From Myxococcota bacterium (GTDB lineage Bacteria; Myxococcota_A; SURF-8), in NCBI GenBank assembly GCA_965140415.1, contig OZ223209.1, positions 2,144,001 through 2,208,000 on the forward strand: 64,000 bases of DNA, read 5' to 3'. Both the position numbers and the translations under genes were made by a program. Each line of letters starts with the position of its first letter. The first letter of the stretch is position 1. This document shows, piece by piece, positions 37,318 through 46,032 of this stretch. Under the pieces are notes generated by a model that had not been told where the DNA came from, ran no database searches, and saw only the letters and a program-made list of their open reading frames with translations.

Positions 37318-39174
37318 TCATGGTTGAAGCCTTTGCAGATCCCATACCATCAATGTACCATCTCCGCCGCCACTGGCGAGATAACGACTGTCTGCGGAAA
37401 ATGCCAGGGTACGTACTGTACCGTTATGGCCGTGCAGAGCCGTAACTTGTGAACCATCCGCCACTGACCAGAGCGCGATACCGCCCTGGGTGCAGCTCGG
37501 CCCTTCCGATGCGTTGCAGCCCGCCGTGGCAATCCAGGCTCCATCGGGTGACACGGCGACATCGTTGATTTCCTCTGCGTGCGCGGTGAGGTTCAATGTG
37601 CGCTGACCTTGCGAGATCGTATAGACCCGCAGTGCGCCGCTATTGTCCAGTCGCGCCGCAAAGGCCAGGCGATCGGCGTCGTTTACGAAGGCCACGGATG
37701 GCACCAGTTCGTTGGTATCGGATACCACACCGGCAAAGGAGCCGCCTGCCTGCCACAGCTTGATTTCGCCTTCGTCGCAGTATCCCCAACGAGTGTGCTT
37801 GCAACCACCGCTGGCGAAGAACGCGCCTCCCGCAGCAACGGAAAGTCCACGCAGACCTTCAGAGTGGGCATCCAGCGATGCCACTTCGCTTGTTGTTTCC
37901 AGGTTGCGGATTTCGATGCGTCCTGCATCATCTCCGCTGACCAGCGCATTGCTTTCATTGACAACGGCCAGGGCTCGAACGGCTTCGCTATGATCGCCCA
38001 TACTGCCTGCGGGAGTCCAGTTGGACAGGTTCCACAGTTTGATCGGCAGATCCGTCCCCGTTCCCTTTTCACCAGCGCTGATCAGTTTGTCGCCTGCCGG
38101 GGTCAATGCGAGCGCATAAACCCGACCGGCATGACCTAGAATGTCATGCAAAAGCTGGCCATCGGAGAGTTGCCAGACTTTCACCTTGGCGTCATGCCCG
38201 GCGCTGTACAGGCGTTCTCCGTTTGGATCGAAGATGATATCGTTGATTTGATCGTCGTGGCCGACCATGCGTAAAAGTGCGCCGCCTATGTGGCAGCGAC
38301 TGTCGATGCAGACGTTCCAGGTGTCCGCGCTGCCATCCTCGCATTCTCCGAAATTTCCGGTATCGCAGGGAATCACGCATTCTCCCGACTGGCACGACCC
38401 GTTTCCGTTGCTGCATCGCGTGCCATCCGGCAGTACGGTCCATTGCTCTTGACTCAAGGTCGTGTAGCACAGACTGCACGCGTCTATCGGGTTCGGGTCC
38501 AGGTGGCTGTAGCACTGACCATCGATCAAGCAGCGATTTTCCACCACCGGGTGAATGCACTGATGCTCGGCATTGCAGACATCCTGTGTGCAGTCCAGTT
38601 CATCACGACCGATCAGGCAGGTGTCGCCTTCGTTCAACCAGACGCCATCCAGGCAGCAGGCTCCGGTATTGCATGCCCATTCGCTTTGTTCAGTCGTATC
38701 TGTTGCGTCGGATTCCATTTCCAGTTCGGATTCAAACGATTCCTGCTCTTCTTGTTCCATCTCAGGATCGATATCACCGTCGATTGTATCCGGATCCGCA
38801 TCTGCTTCCTGATCGCCATCGGGAGGTATGGAATCGTTGTCGCCATCAGGGGAGTGTTCATCTTCGATGTCTTCGGAAGTCTCGGTTTCAAGGTCCAGAT
38901 CGCCGTCTGAAGGCTCGATACAGGCTCCTTCCCGGCAGATCAGGCCTTCTTTGGAGCAATCCTGTTCACGCGCCCAAATACCGCTTTCGCAACGCATCAC
39001 CCAGTCATCCTGGCAATCCAGAGCATCTTGAATGCAGGCGTTTGGTACGTCGCTTGTTTCGTAATCGCCATCTGTATGAATGCTGCCGCTGCTCGATTCG
39101 CAACCGAAACACCCCAGCAAACCGGCGATAGTCAACCAAGCCAGGCATAAGGCGTTTGCCGTGTCGATTTTCAT
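37318..39174 (-). CDS. Lipoprotein with Cys-rich repeats, DGD acidic linker and C-terminal WD40 propeller
   Basis: LLGC lipobox; about seven GH...W(D/N/Q) repeats. Confidence 0.88.
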   Translation of the reverse strand: MKIDTANALCLAWLTIAGLLGCFGCESSSGSIHTDGDYETSDVPNACIQDALDCQDDWVMRCESGIWAREQDCSKEGLICREGACIEPSDGDLDLETETSEDIEDEHSPDGDNDSIPPDGDQEADADPDTIDGDIDPEMEQEEQESFESELEMESDATDTTEQSEWACNTGACCLDGVWLNEGDTCLIGRDELDCTQDVCNAEHQCIHPVVENRCLIDGQCYSHLDPNPIDACSLCYTTLSQEQWTVLPDGTRCSNGNGSCQSGECVIPCDTGNFGECEDGSADTWNVCIDSRCHIGGALLRMVGHDDQINDIIFDPNGERLYSAGHDAKVKVWQLSDGQLLHDILGHAGRVYALALTPAGDKLISAGEKGTGTDLPIKLWNLSNWTPAGSMGDHSEAVRALAVVNESNALVSGDDAGRIEIRNLETTSEVASLDAHSEGLRGLSVAAGGAFFASGGCKHTRWGYCDEGEIKLWQAGGSFAGVVSDTNELVPSVAFVNDADRLAFAARLDNSGALRVYTISQGQRTLNLTAHAEEINDVAVSPDGAWIATAGCNASEGPSCTQGGIALWSVADGSQVTALHGHNGTVRTLAFSADSRYLASGGGDGTLMVWDLQRLQP

Positions 39175-39357
39175 AGCGGGTACATCTCCTTACAGCTTGA
39201 AATACGATGCGTATTCGTTCGTGAAATATACGGAATCGCTCGGACAATATGGAATCCTAGCATGACGGACTTCTTTCTGACAAGAGTCTTTCCTTCCTGA
39301 AATTAAAGGCGATTTTTTCCCACTTTCTTTTCTGTATTCATAGTATAGGAAAATATG

Positions 39358-39386
39358 TTGATTTTTCCGTCCCGCTAAAGTAGGTT
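39358..39386 (+). promoter_or_regulatory. Candidate sigma70 promoter
   Basis: TTGATT-N17-TAGGTT upstream of the PPIase gene. Confidence 0.4.
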
Positions 39387-39444
39387 AATCGGCCAATATG
39401 GTGAAACCCCTTACGAGTGGGCAATCGTCCGAAGGAGTGTTACG

Positions 39445-40992
39445 ATGAATATGCAGTGGATGCGGGAACGGTCCAGTTCGTTCTTGATCGCAATTTTGTT
39501 CGGTATCATTATCGTGGTTTTCGCATTGCAGTTCGGTCCCGGTTCCAAGGGCTGCACCAGCGATCTAGCCATCGCGGGTAAAGTCAATGGTCAAGTGGTG
39601 ACGAGCGGTGAGTGGAGTTTCTACTACAACCAGCTCTTCAGCAATTACCAGCGTTTCGATCCGAACTTCAACAACCAGAAGGCCGAAGAATACAACCTGA
39701 AGCAGAAAGCCTTCGACCAGGTGGTGGACAGCGTCCTGCTGGCTCAAACCGGTGAAGAACTGGGCTTGGCGGTCGGCGACAAGGAAGCTGGGCGCGATAT
39801 CGTTACATCGGGAGCCTTCAAAGACGAGAGCGGCGCGTTCGATCGCGATCTGTATCGTCGCATGGTCAACTACTATTACAAGATGAGCGTGAATCGCTAC
39901 GAAGACAAGCACAAGGAAGACATGGCCGGTGATCGTATTCGTTCGTTATTGCGTAACGGCCCCATGGTTTCGGAGAATTACGCCTTCGATCAGTGGAAAC
40001 TCGAAAACGAGAAAATCACGTTGGATTTCGTCAAGTTCAACAGCGCGGACTACAAAAGTGACGTCGCCCCGACCGAAGAGGAAATCAAAGCCTACGTCGA
40101 AAAAGAAGACGAGAAAATCAGCAACTATTTCAACAACAACAAATCCGAGTTCGAAAAACCGGAACAGGTCCATGCTCGTCATATCCTGATCAAAACCTCC
40201 GATGATATGAGCCAGCAGCAGCTTGCGCAGGCCAAAAAGAAAATCGATGAGATCGCCGAGAAAGCCAAAGCGGAGCCGGATGATTTTGCCAAACTGGCAG
40301 AGGAATACTCCGAAGGCCCCACCAAGACCAAGGGCGGTGATTTGGGAATGTTCAGCCGTGGGCGTATGGTCAAGGAATTTGAAGACGCCGCCTTTGCGTT
40401 GGAAGTCGGGCAGATTTCCGATCCGGTCAAGAGCAAGTTCGGTTGGCACGTGATCAAGGTTGAAGAGAAGACGACGGAAGAAAAGCGTACGCTGGATCAG
40501 GTGACGAACGAAATCGCCGCGAAATTGATCGAGCAGGAAAACACCAAGGAACAAACCAAAAAAGCCGCGCAGGATTTCTGGGCGCAGGCCAGCGGTGGTA
40601 AAAGCTTTGAAGACATCATCGCCGAGATGGGTGAAGACACGAAGTTGAAAGTGGAGCAGAGCGGTGAATTCGCGCGCACCAGCGGCACTTACATTCCATT
40701 GATCGGCTCCAGCGAAGAACTGTTCGAAGCGTCCTGGAAACTGACCGAGGAAAAACCGTTGCCCGGCCAGGTCTTCGAAGTCTTCGACAACTTTTTCGTC
40801 GTCAAACTTAAAGAACACAAAATTCCCACTCGGGAAGACTTCATCGCCGTGCGCGACCAGGAAATGGGCCGCATGCAGAGTGGCTTGGCCAATCAGGCTT
40901 TTTCCGGCTGGCTCAAGCAAACGCGCGAACAGGCGGACATCGTCACGTCATTGAACGCCAAGCTCTTCCAGGAACAGGACAACAACTTCTAG
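39445..40992 (+). CDS. PpiD/SurA-family periplasmic chaperone with parvulin PPIase domain
   Basis: N-terminal membrane anchor; HARHILI, GGDLG, SKFGWHVI. Confidence 0.92.
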   Translation: MNMQWMRERSSSFLIAILFGIIIVVFALQFGPGSKGCTSDLAIAGKVNGQVVTSGEWSFYYNQLFSNYQRFDPNFNNQKAEEYNLKQKAFDQVVDSVLLAQTGEELGLAVGDKEAGRDIVTSGAFKDESGAFDRDLYRRMVNYYYKMSVNRYEDKHKEDMAGDRIRSLLRNGPMVSENYAFDQWKLENEKITLDFVKFNSADYKSDVAPTEEEIKAYVEKEDEKISNYFNNNKSEFEKPEQVHARHILIKTSDDMSQQQLAQAKKKIDEIAEKAKAEPDDFAKLAEEYSEGPTKTKGGDLGMFSRGRMVKEFEDAAFALEVGQISDPVKSKFGWHVIKVEEKTTEEKRTLDQVTNEIAAKLIEQENTKEQTKKAAQDFWAQASGGKSFEDIIAEMGEDTKLKVEQSGEFARTSGTYIPLIGSSEELFEASWKLTEEKPLPGQVFEVFDNFFVVKLKEHKIPTREDFIAVRDQEMGRMQSGLANQAFSGWLKQTREQADIVTSLNAKLFQEQDNNF

Positions 40993-41019
40993 TTTCGGCA
41001 GATTACAGATCGATGCTTA

Positions 41020-41054
41020 TGCGACCCGCGAGGATGACTTCGCGGGTCGTTTTC
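41020..41054 (+). terminator. Intrinsic terminator
   Basis: GCGACCCGCGAGG-ATGA-CTTCGCGGGTCGT followed by TTT. Confidence 0.8.
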
Positions 41055-41158
41055 GTATATGCACGCTTGTTCATAAAAAGAGGATGGGGAACCGGGCAGG
41101 TTCCCCAAAATGAGGGAATGGAAATGTGACGTTCCAAGCCGGAACGTGTTACTCGCTG

Positions 41159-42298
41159 CTAGCGAAGCAGGAGTGGATAAACCGCCTGGGCCGACAGATG
41201 ATTCTGAGCGACCAGAGCGAGTGTCGGTGTTTCCAATAACCCGTTTTGCAGATCCGACACAAAGTCGGTTGCTTGGGCGCTGGATTCGATTGACGTTCCG
41301 AAAGAAGTGTCCAATGACGCCGGAGCGTTCATGTCGGCGGCGTAGCGATCCAGTAATTGCTGAATCGATTCACGAACCTGGCTGACCACGCCTTTGGCCT
41401 GTTCCAGGCTTTCTGTTACTGCCTGTGTATCTCCTTCAACAACGTTCTGTGCGAAATCGTTCCCCAAAAGAGCGGCAAAGGACAAATCCGGCAGAGCCAG
41501 AGCCACGCGTTCCCGTTCTCCATTTTCTGCCGGAACGGAAAAGACCGCCGCCGTATCCTGAATCGTGTAGATCCGGCTGGCGTCGTTTACCGAACCTGCT
41601 CTCAAGTTGTCCAGGGAAAAGCGCTCGTCAACCCGAATGCGCAAGCCCAGTTCGTCGAAATTCAAATCGGCCTGCTCGCCGCGTTCCAACGCGATGGCCT
41701 CTGAAACATCCAGGGTCTGTTGCTGTTTGCCGTTGGTTAGCGTAATTTGCGCCGGATTTTCGGATAATTCGCTGACGTACCAGATCGTGCCGGCCTGAGA
41801 GTTGGCGACATCGATTTCCAAAACGCCGTTTTGCGGAACGATATCCACGGGATAGTACGGCCCAAGACGATTGACGCCGAATTCGCCATCGATCAGGTTG
41901 CGATCGTTGAAGCGGGTGGTGGCGACGATATGGTTGATTTCCTGACCCAGTTGTTCGATTTCGAATTGAATGTTCGCTACATTTTCCGTATCGCCAGAAA
42001 CTCCAACCGATTGTGCAAGGTCAGTGAGGCGGTTCAGAATCAGATCGATGCGAGTGGAAGACATATCCGCCATTTGCAGGGCACTGACGTCCGAGATCGA
42101 GGAGCGACTTTCCAATTGAACGCGAGCGGCTTCTGCACGATTGCGAATCTGATTCGCTAACCGCAGAATATCTTGAGAAGGTTCAACCGCTTTGCTGCTG
42201 GAAGTTTTGTCGTTTTTCGCCGAGCGCGTTTGACCTAAATCAAGCGAGTAATTCCGAAGCTGAGATTCTGTGATGTTGGAATTGCTGGTAATGCTCAT
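41159..42298 (-). CDS. Divergent flagellin-like protein
   Basis: ALQMAD...ILNRLTDLAQS...IQFEIEQLGQEINHIVATTRFNDRNLIDG and C-terminal ALVAQNHLSAQAVYPLL. Confidence 0.75.
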   Translation of the reverse strand: MSITSNSNITESQLRNYSLDLGQTRSAKNDKTSSSKAVEPSQDILRLANQIRNRAEAARVQLESRSSISDVSALQMADMSSTRIDLILNRLTDLAQSVGVSGDTENVANIQFEIEQLGQEINHIVATTRFNDRNLIDGEFGVNRLGPYYPVDIVPQNGVLEIDVANSQAGTIWYVSELSENPAQITLTNGKQQQTLDVSEAIALERGEQADLNFDELGLRIRVDERFSLDNLRAGSVNDASRIYTIQDTAAVFSVPAENGERERVALALPDLSFAALLGNDFAQNVVEGDTQAVTESLEQAKGVVSQVRESIQQLLDRYAADMNAPASLDTSFGTSIESSAQATDFVSDLQNGLLETPTLALVAQNHLSAQAVYPLLLR

Positions 42299-42349
42299 TG
42301 GTCCTTGCTCCAAAAGTCCGCGAAAAAAAATCTCGCTCTCTATATCTTG

Positions 42350-42376
42350 TATTCGGTTTCTATCGAGTGGAGTTTA
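42350..42376 (-). promoter_or_regulatory. Candidate sigma28 (FliA) promoter
   Basis: Minus strand TAAA-N15-ACCGAATA versus consensus TAAA-N15-GCCGATAA. Confidence 0.55.
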
Positions 42377-42926
42377 GAGGAAAAATTTTGTAACCACTTG
42401 AAATAACTAGGAAAAATATTCTCACACTAGGAAAATAATTCCTAGTGCGGCTTCGATTTGGTTGAAACTCAGCCAAAAAGCGGATGAATCAACTCGTTTA
42501 AACAGAGTGGGCTAGGAAAAAAATGCCGGTTATAAAAATGCGAGAAGAGCATTTTTTTTGTAGTTTTCTGGGTGATTTTTATTAATGAGGCGTTTCTCTT
42601 GCTGGATGACTTCTCGATAAATGCAACACGCAGCATAAACTGCAAATCGGCTGTGCCGCAAAGATCCGAAGACGCACACTAGATCCACACAAAAAGACCG
42701 TAAACGACCAGTGAAAGTTGTCATAAACAGCGCCGAACTCCGAAAATTCGTTTACGCGCGGAGTAAAATTCGATTTTTAACCGATTTTCACCTATCGGTA
42801 GTGTCTGTTTACGTGTCAATAGCGGTCGGATTGTGGTCGTCTACGGTAAGGTAGTGGCAAAGGGAGCTTTTTGCGGCAAATTCGCTGTCCGGCAGATCGT
42901 GTAATTTCAGTCGAATTGTTTCACGC

Positions 42927-43008
42927 AAGTAAAAGGACTTTCACTTTTCAAATATAAAAGTAAAAGATCCTTTACTTTTCTGCTGAGGTAGTTAAGAATA
43001 CTTTACTA
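42927..43008. promoter_or_regulatory. Three 20-bp imperfect palindromes at a 31-bp period, candidate operators
   Basis: AAGTAAAAGGACTTTCACTT (42927), AAGTAAAAGATCCTTTACTT (42958), TAGTTAAGAATACTTTACTA (42989). Confidence 0.6.
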
Positions 43009-43019
43009 ATGGAGGTCGC

Positions 43020-44189
43020 ATGAAACGGGTGACCGGAAAATATGAAGAAAGCAGCGTGGCGGGTGAGACGGTAAAGGCGTTCGTTCCCCATCCCTTGCCT
43101 CCGCAAGATCCGTCCTTTTCCCTGGATGAAAACCTGATCGAACTCCTGCACCAAGCCGAACATCATCTGGATCGCCTGGAGTTGGCCGGAGAGATGGTGC
43201 CGTCCATGGAATGGTTCATCTATGGTTTCGTCCGCAAGGAAGCGGTTATTTCTTCTCAGATCGAAGGGACGCAGGCCACGTTGATCGATCTTCTGACTTA
43301 CGAGGCCACGGATCGAACGGGTGAGACGCTCAAAGCCGATGTCGAGGAAATCTGCAACTATATCAACGCCTTGAAGTACGCTCGCGAGGAGCTGAGCCGA
43401 AAAAACGGATTGCCGTTGTCCATGCGTTTGCTCACGGAAGCTCACAAGCACCTGATGCAAGGAGCACGTGGCGGTGACAAACAACCCGGTGAAATTCGTC
43501 GCAGCCAGAACTGGATCGGCGGTACGCGCCCCGGAAACGCGGTGTATGTGCCGCCGCCCTCACAGTTGATTACCGAATTGCTCGGTGCTTTGGAAACGTA
43601 CATCCATATCGACGATCCCCTGCCGCCGCTCGTGCGTGCCGGTTTGATCCACGTGCAGTTCGAGACGATCCACCCTTTCTTGGACGGCAACGGCAGACTC
43701 GGACGATTATTGATCATCCTGCTCCTCGAGCATTGGGGACAACTTTCCCAACCCTTGCTTTACTTGAGCCTGTTTTTCAAACGACACCGCGCCGAATACT
43801 ATCGCCTGCTCAACCGTGTCCGAACCCATGGCGATTGGGAAGCCTGGATCGCCTTTTTCCTTGAAGGTGTGGCCGTGATTGCGAAAGAAGCGGCGGATGT
43901 AGCGAAGGATCTCTTCGATCTAGTTTCTCGCGACCGGGAAAAATTGCTGGCACTGCCGAATGCGACAGTCATGGGCTTGCGGCTGTTCGAGCAGTTGCCT
44001 ATGAGTCCGATTCTTACGGCGGCCAATGTGGTGGAGCGATTGAAAACGACCAAGCCAACCGCCATGAAAGCGATCAACCTGCTGGTCGAAGCGAATATTC
44101 TATCCGAAGTCACAGGGAAAAAGCGGGATCAGACCTTCGGCTACTCGGCCTATCTGGATCGCCTACGCATCGGCACGGACATCGAGTAA
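43020..44189 (+). CDS. Fic family protein with C-terminal HTH
   Basis: SSQIEG inhibitory motif; HPFLDGNGRLGR Fic motif. Confidence 0.95.
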   Translation: MKRVTGKYEESSVAGETVKAFVPHPLPPQDPSFSLDENLIELLHQAEHHLDRLELAGEMVPSMEWFIYGFVRKEAVISSQIEGTQATLIDLLTYEATDRTGETLKADVEEICNYINALKYAREELSRKNGLPLSMRLLTEAHKHLMQGARGGDKQPGEIRRSQNWIGGTRPGNAVYVPPPSQLITELLGALETYIHIDDPLPPLVRAGLIHVQFETIHPFLDGNGRLGRLLIILLLEHWGQLSQPLLYLSLFFKRHRAEYYRLLNRVRTHGDWEAWIAFFLEGVAVIAKEAADVAKDLFDLVSRDREKLLALPNATVMGLRLFEQLPMSPILTAANVVERLKTTKPTAMKAINLLVEANILSEVTGKKRDQTFGYSAYLDRLRIGTDIE

Positions 44190-44317
44190 ATGAGAAATAG
44201 GCTAGGTTTGCGTTTCTAGATCCGGTAATGCCCGTTTATCAAGAGCCGTATGTTAGGTTTTCTTTTACTTCGTCTCGATCAATTCGCTTTTGAAAGGAAA
44301 CCCCAAAAACGGACCGA

Positions 44318-44860
44318 TCAGAGAAAGCGATTTACACGCTCGAATGGAATGTGATCGCCGATATCTCTGCCGTAATACATATCGCCGATATGGCCTGTCT
44401 CGTCGATCAGAAAATCTGCGGGGATGCGAGTAAGGGTGCCGTCTGGAATGCCGGGCAGAAAGCCCTTTGTGAGCGCCTTCGCCAGTCTCAAGAGTAAAGC
44501 CGGGCGCATCATCGCAGTAACGCTGTCATTCACGCCATAGAGATCGTAAACCGCTTCGGCGGGATCGGCCAGTAGTGGAAAAGGGGGATTCTGGCGACCG
44601 ACGTATTGGCCGATCTTTTCAACCGGGCTTTGAAACACGGCCACAATTCGAAGTCCTTTGGATTTCCACACATCGAAGTGGTCGATCATTTCTTGAATTC
44701 TCAAATTGCATAATGGACAGGCGGAGTATCGGAAAAAGGAAAGCCACAGTTTGCTGCCTCTACGGTCGGCAAGACGAAAGCTGGAACCGTTGTATGTATC
44801 AAGTGAAAAGTGCGGCGCTTCCTGACCGATTTTCATGACAGTGCGTTTCCGGGCTCTCAT
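44318..44860 (-). CDS. AhpC/TSA-family redoxin
   Basis: IGQEAPHFSL, RYSACPLC, PADFLID. Confidence 0.85.
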   Translation of the reverse strand: MRARKRTVMKIGQEAPHFSLDTYNGSSFRLADRRGSKLWLSFFRYSACPLCNLRIQEMIDHFDVWKSKGLRIVAVFQSPVEKIGQYVGRQNPPFPLLADPAEAVYDLYGVNDSVTAMMRPALLLRLAKALTKGFLPGIPDGTLTRIPADFLIDETGHIGDMYYGRDIGDHIPFERVNRFL

Positions 44861-45004
44861 TATTATTACCCCTTACCGTATTTTGAATAAGCCTCTACTC
44901 TGCAAAGAGACGAAGCCTAGAGAAAACATTCCGGAAAAGAGATTGGAGGTTGAAGGAAACGACAGGCTGGATATTCGTCATATTTAGCTACTAATCTGAA
45001 GGAT

Positions 45005-45130
45005 TTGTGCCATAGTCTTACGCGATCGAAGATCGTGGAAGGCTGTGTGTTTTCTTGTGGTTACACACGGCCTCCCGGAATTTTCATTCCGTGAGACCAT
45101 GGCACACCCGGATTACTCGATGGATAGAAA
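45005..45130. repeat. REP/MITE-like element, family A, copy 2
   Basis: Reverse complement of 12514-12639 with few mismatches. Confidence 0.85.
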
Positions 45131-45174
45131 TGAGTAATATCTCCTTTAGGTTGTTGATGTTGCTTGGAGAACCG

Positions 45175-46020
45175 TTATTCGATTGCTTCGATTGCTTCAG
45201 CAACTTCTCGGATCAGCTCCGGCGGTGTCGATGCACTGCCCGTCAGGCCGATTTCCGAAAGATCCTCGAACCAACCGACATCGATTTCAGCAAGGCAGGA
45301 AACACGTTGCACCTGAGTGATTTGACTGGCCAGATCGACCAGAGAGTTGCAGTTGGAACTGGTTTCGTCGCCCACAACGAGGACCAGCGGCACCTGTTTT
45401 GCCAGTTCGATAAGCGCTTGCTGGCGCTTGCGAGATGAGTCGCAGATCGTGTTCCGAATAACGGCATCCGGTCGGATTTCAACAAGTTTTCTGGTGATTT
45501 CATCGAAATCGGAAAGCATCATCGTTGACTGAGAAAACAGGGAAATGGAAGCCGATTCCGTGATCCATGTTTTCAGAGCGTTGATATCGCTTGGATATTG
45601 TACGATTTCGATTTCGTCGCGGTTGTCTTTGAGTCCCTGGGCTTCGGGATGTTCCGCTTTGCCGAAAAGCAGAACGCGCCCTCCTTGAGAGAGCGCGTGA
45701 TCCATTTTCTGTTTGATGGTCTGAACCATGGGGCAGGTTGCGTCTATTATGTGTTCGCTGCGGGCAGAGAGTGCATCTTTCTCGGTGCTCGTCACACCAT
45801 GCGCACGCAGGATAACGCTGCCGGAAAGGGAGCCATCCGGCAAGTCGGAAAGGATGCCTTCCTCTTCTAACAGCTTGATTACACGCTGGTTATGGACTAG
45901 ATTGCCGTACAGATAAACGGGGCGTCCCATTGCGCGTTGCTGGCGCGCCAGTTCGATGGCGCGCAACACACCAAAGCAGAATCCTGCTTCTTCGGCGATA
46001 CGAACTCGGATGCGCCCCAT
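45175..46020 (-). CDS. ispH: 4-hydroxy-3-methylbut-2-enyl diphosphate reductase
   Basis: GFCFGV, VHN, RAHG, DATCP, HPE, NTIC, SSN. Confidence 0.95.
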   Translation of the reverse strand: MGRIRVRIAEEAGFCFGVLRAIELARQQRAMGRPVYLYGNLVHNQRVIKLLEEEGILSDLPDGSLSGSVILRAHGVTSTEKDALSARSEHIIDATCPMVQTIKQKMDHALSQGGRVLLFGKAEHPEAQGLKDNRDEIEIVQYPSDINALKTWITESASISLFSQSTMMLSDFDEITRKLVEIRPDAVIRNTICDSSRKRQQALIELAKQVPLVLVVGDETSSNCNSLVDLASQITQVQRVSCLAEIDVGWFEDLSEIGLTGSASTPPELIREVAEAIEAIE

Positions 46021-46032
46021 CCGCAGCCTGCC

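Noticed and set aside
39946-40920. 324-aa antisense ORF opposite the PPIase gene
   Set aside because: Shadow frame caused by biased codon usage; no motifs
42833-42847. 14/15 match to 59009-59023 (GTGGTCRTCTACGGT)
   Set aside because: Matches of this length are expected by chance in 64 kb and it does not extend
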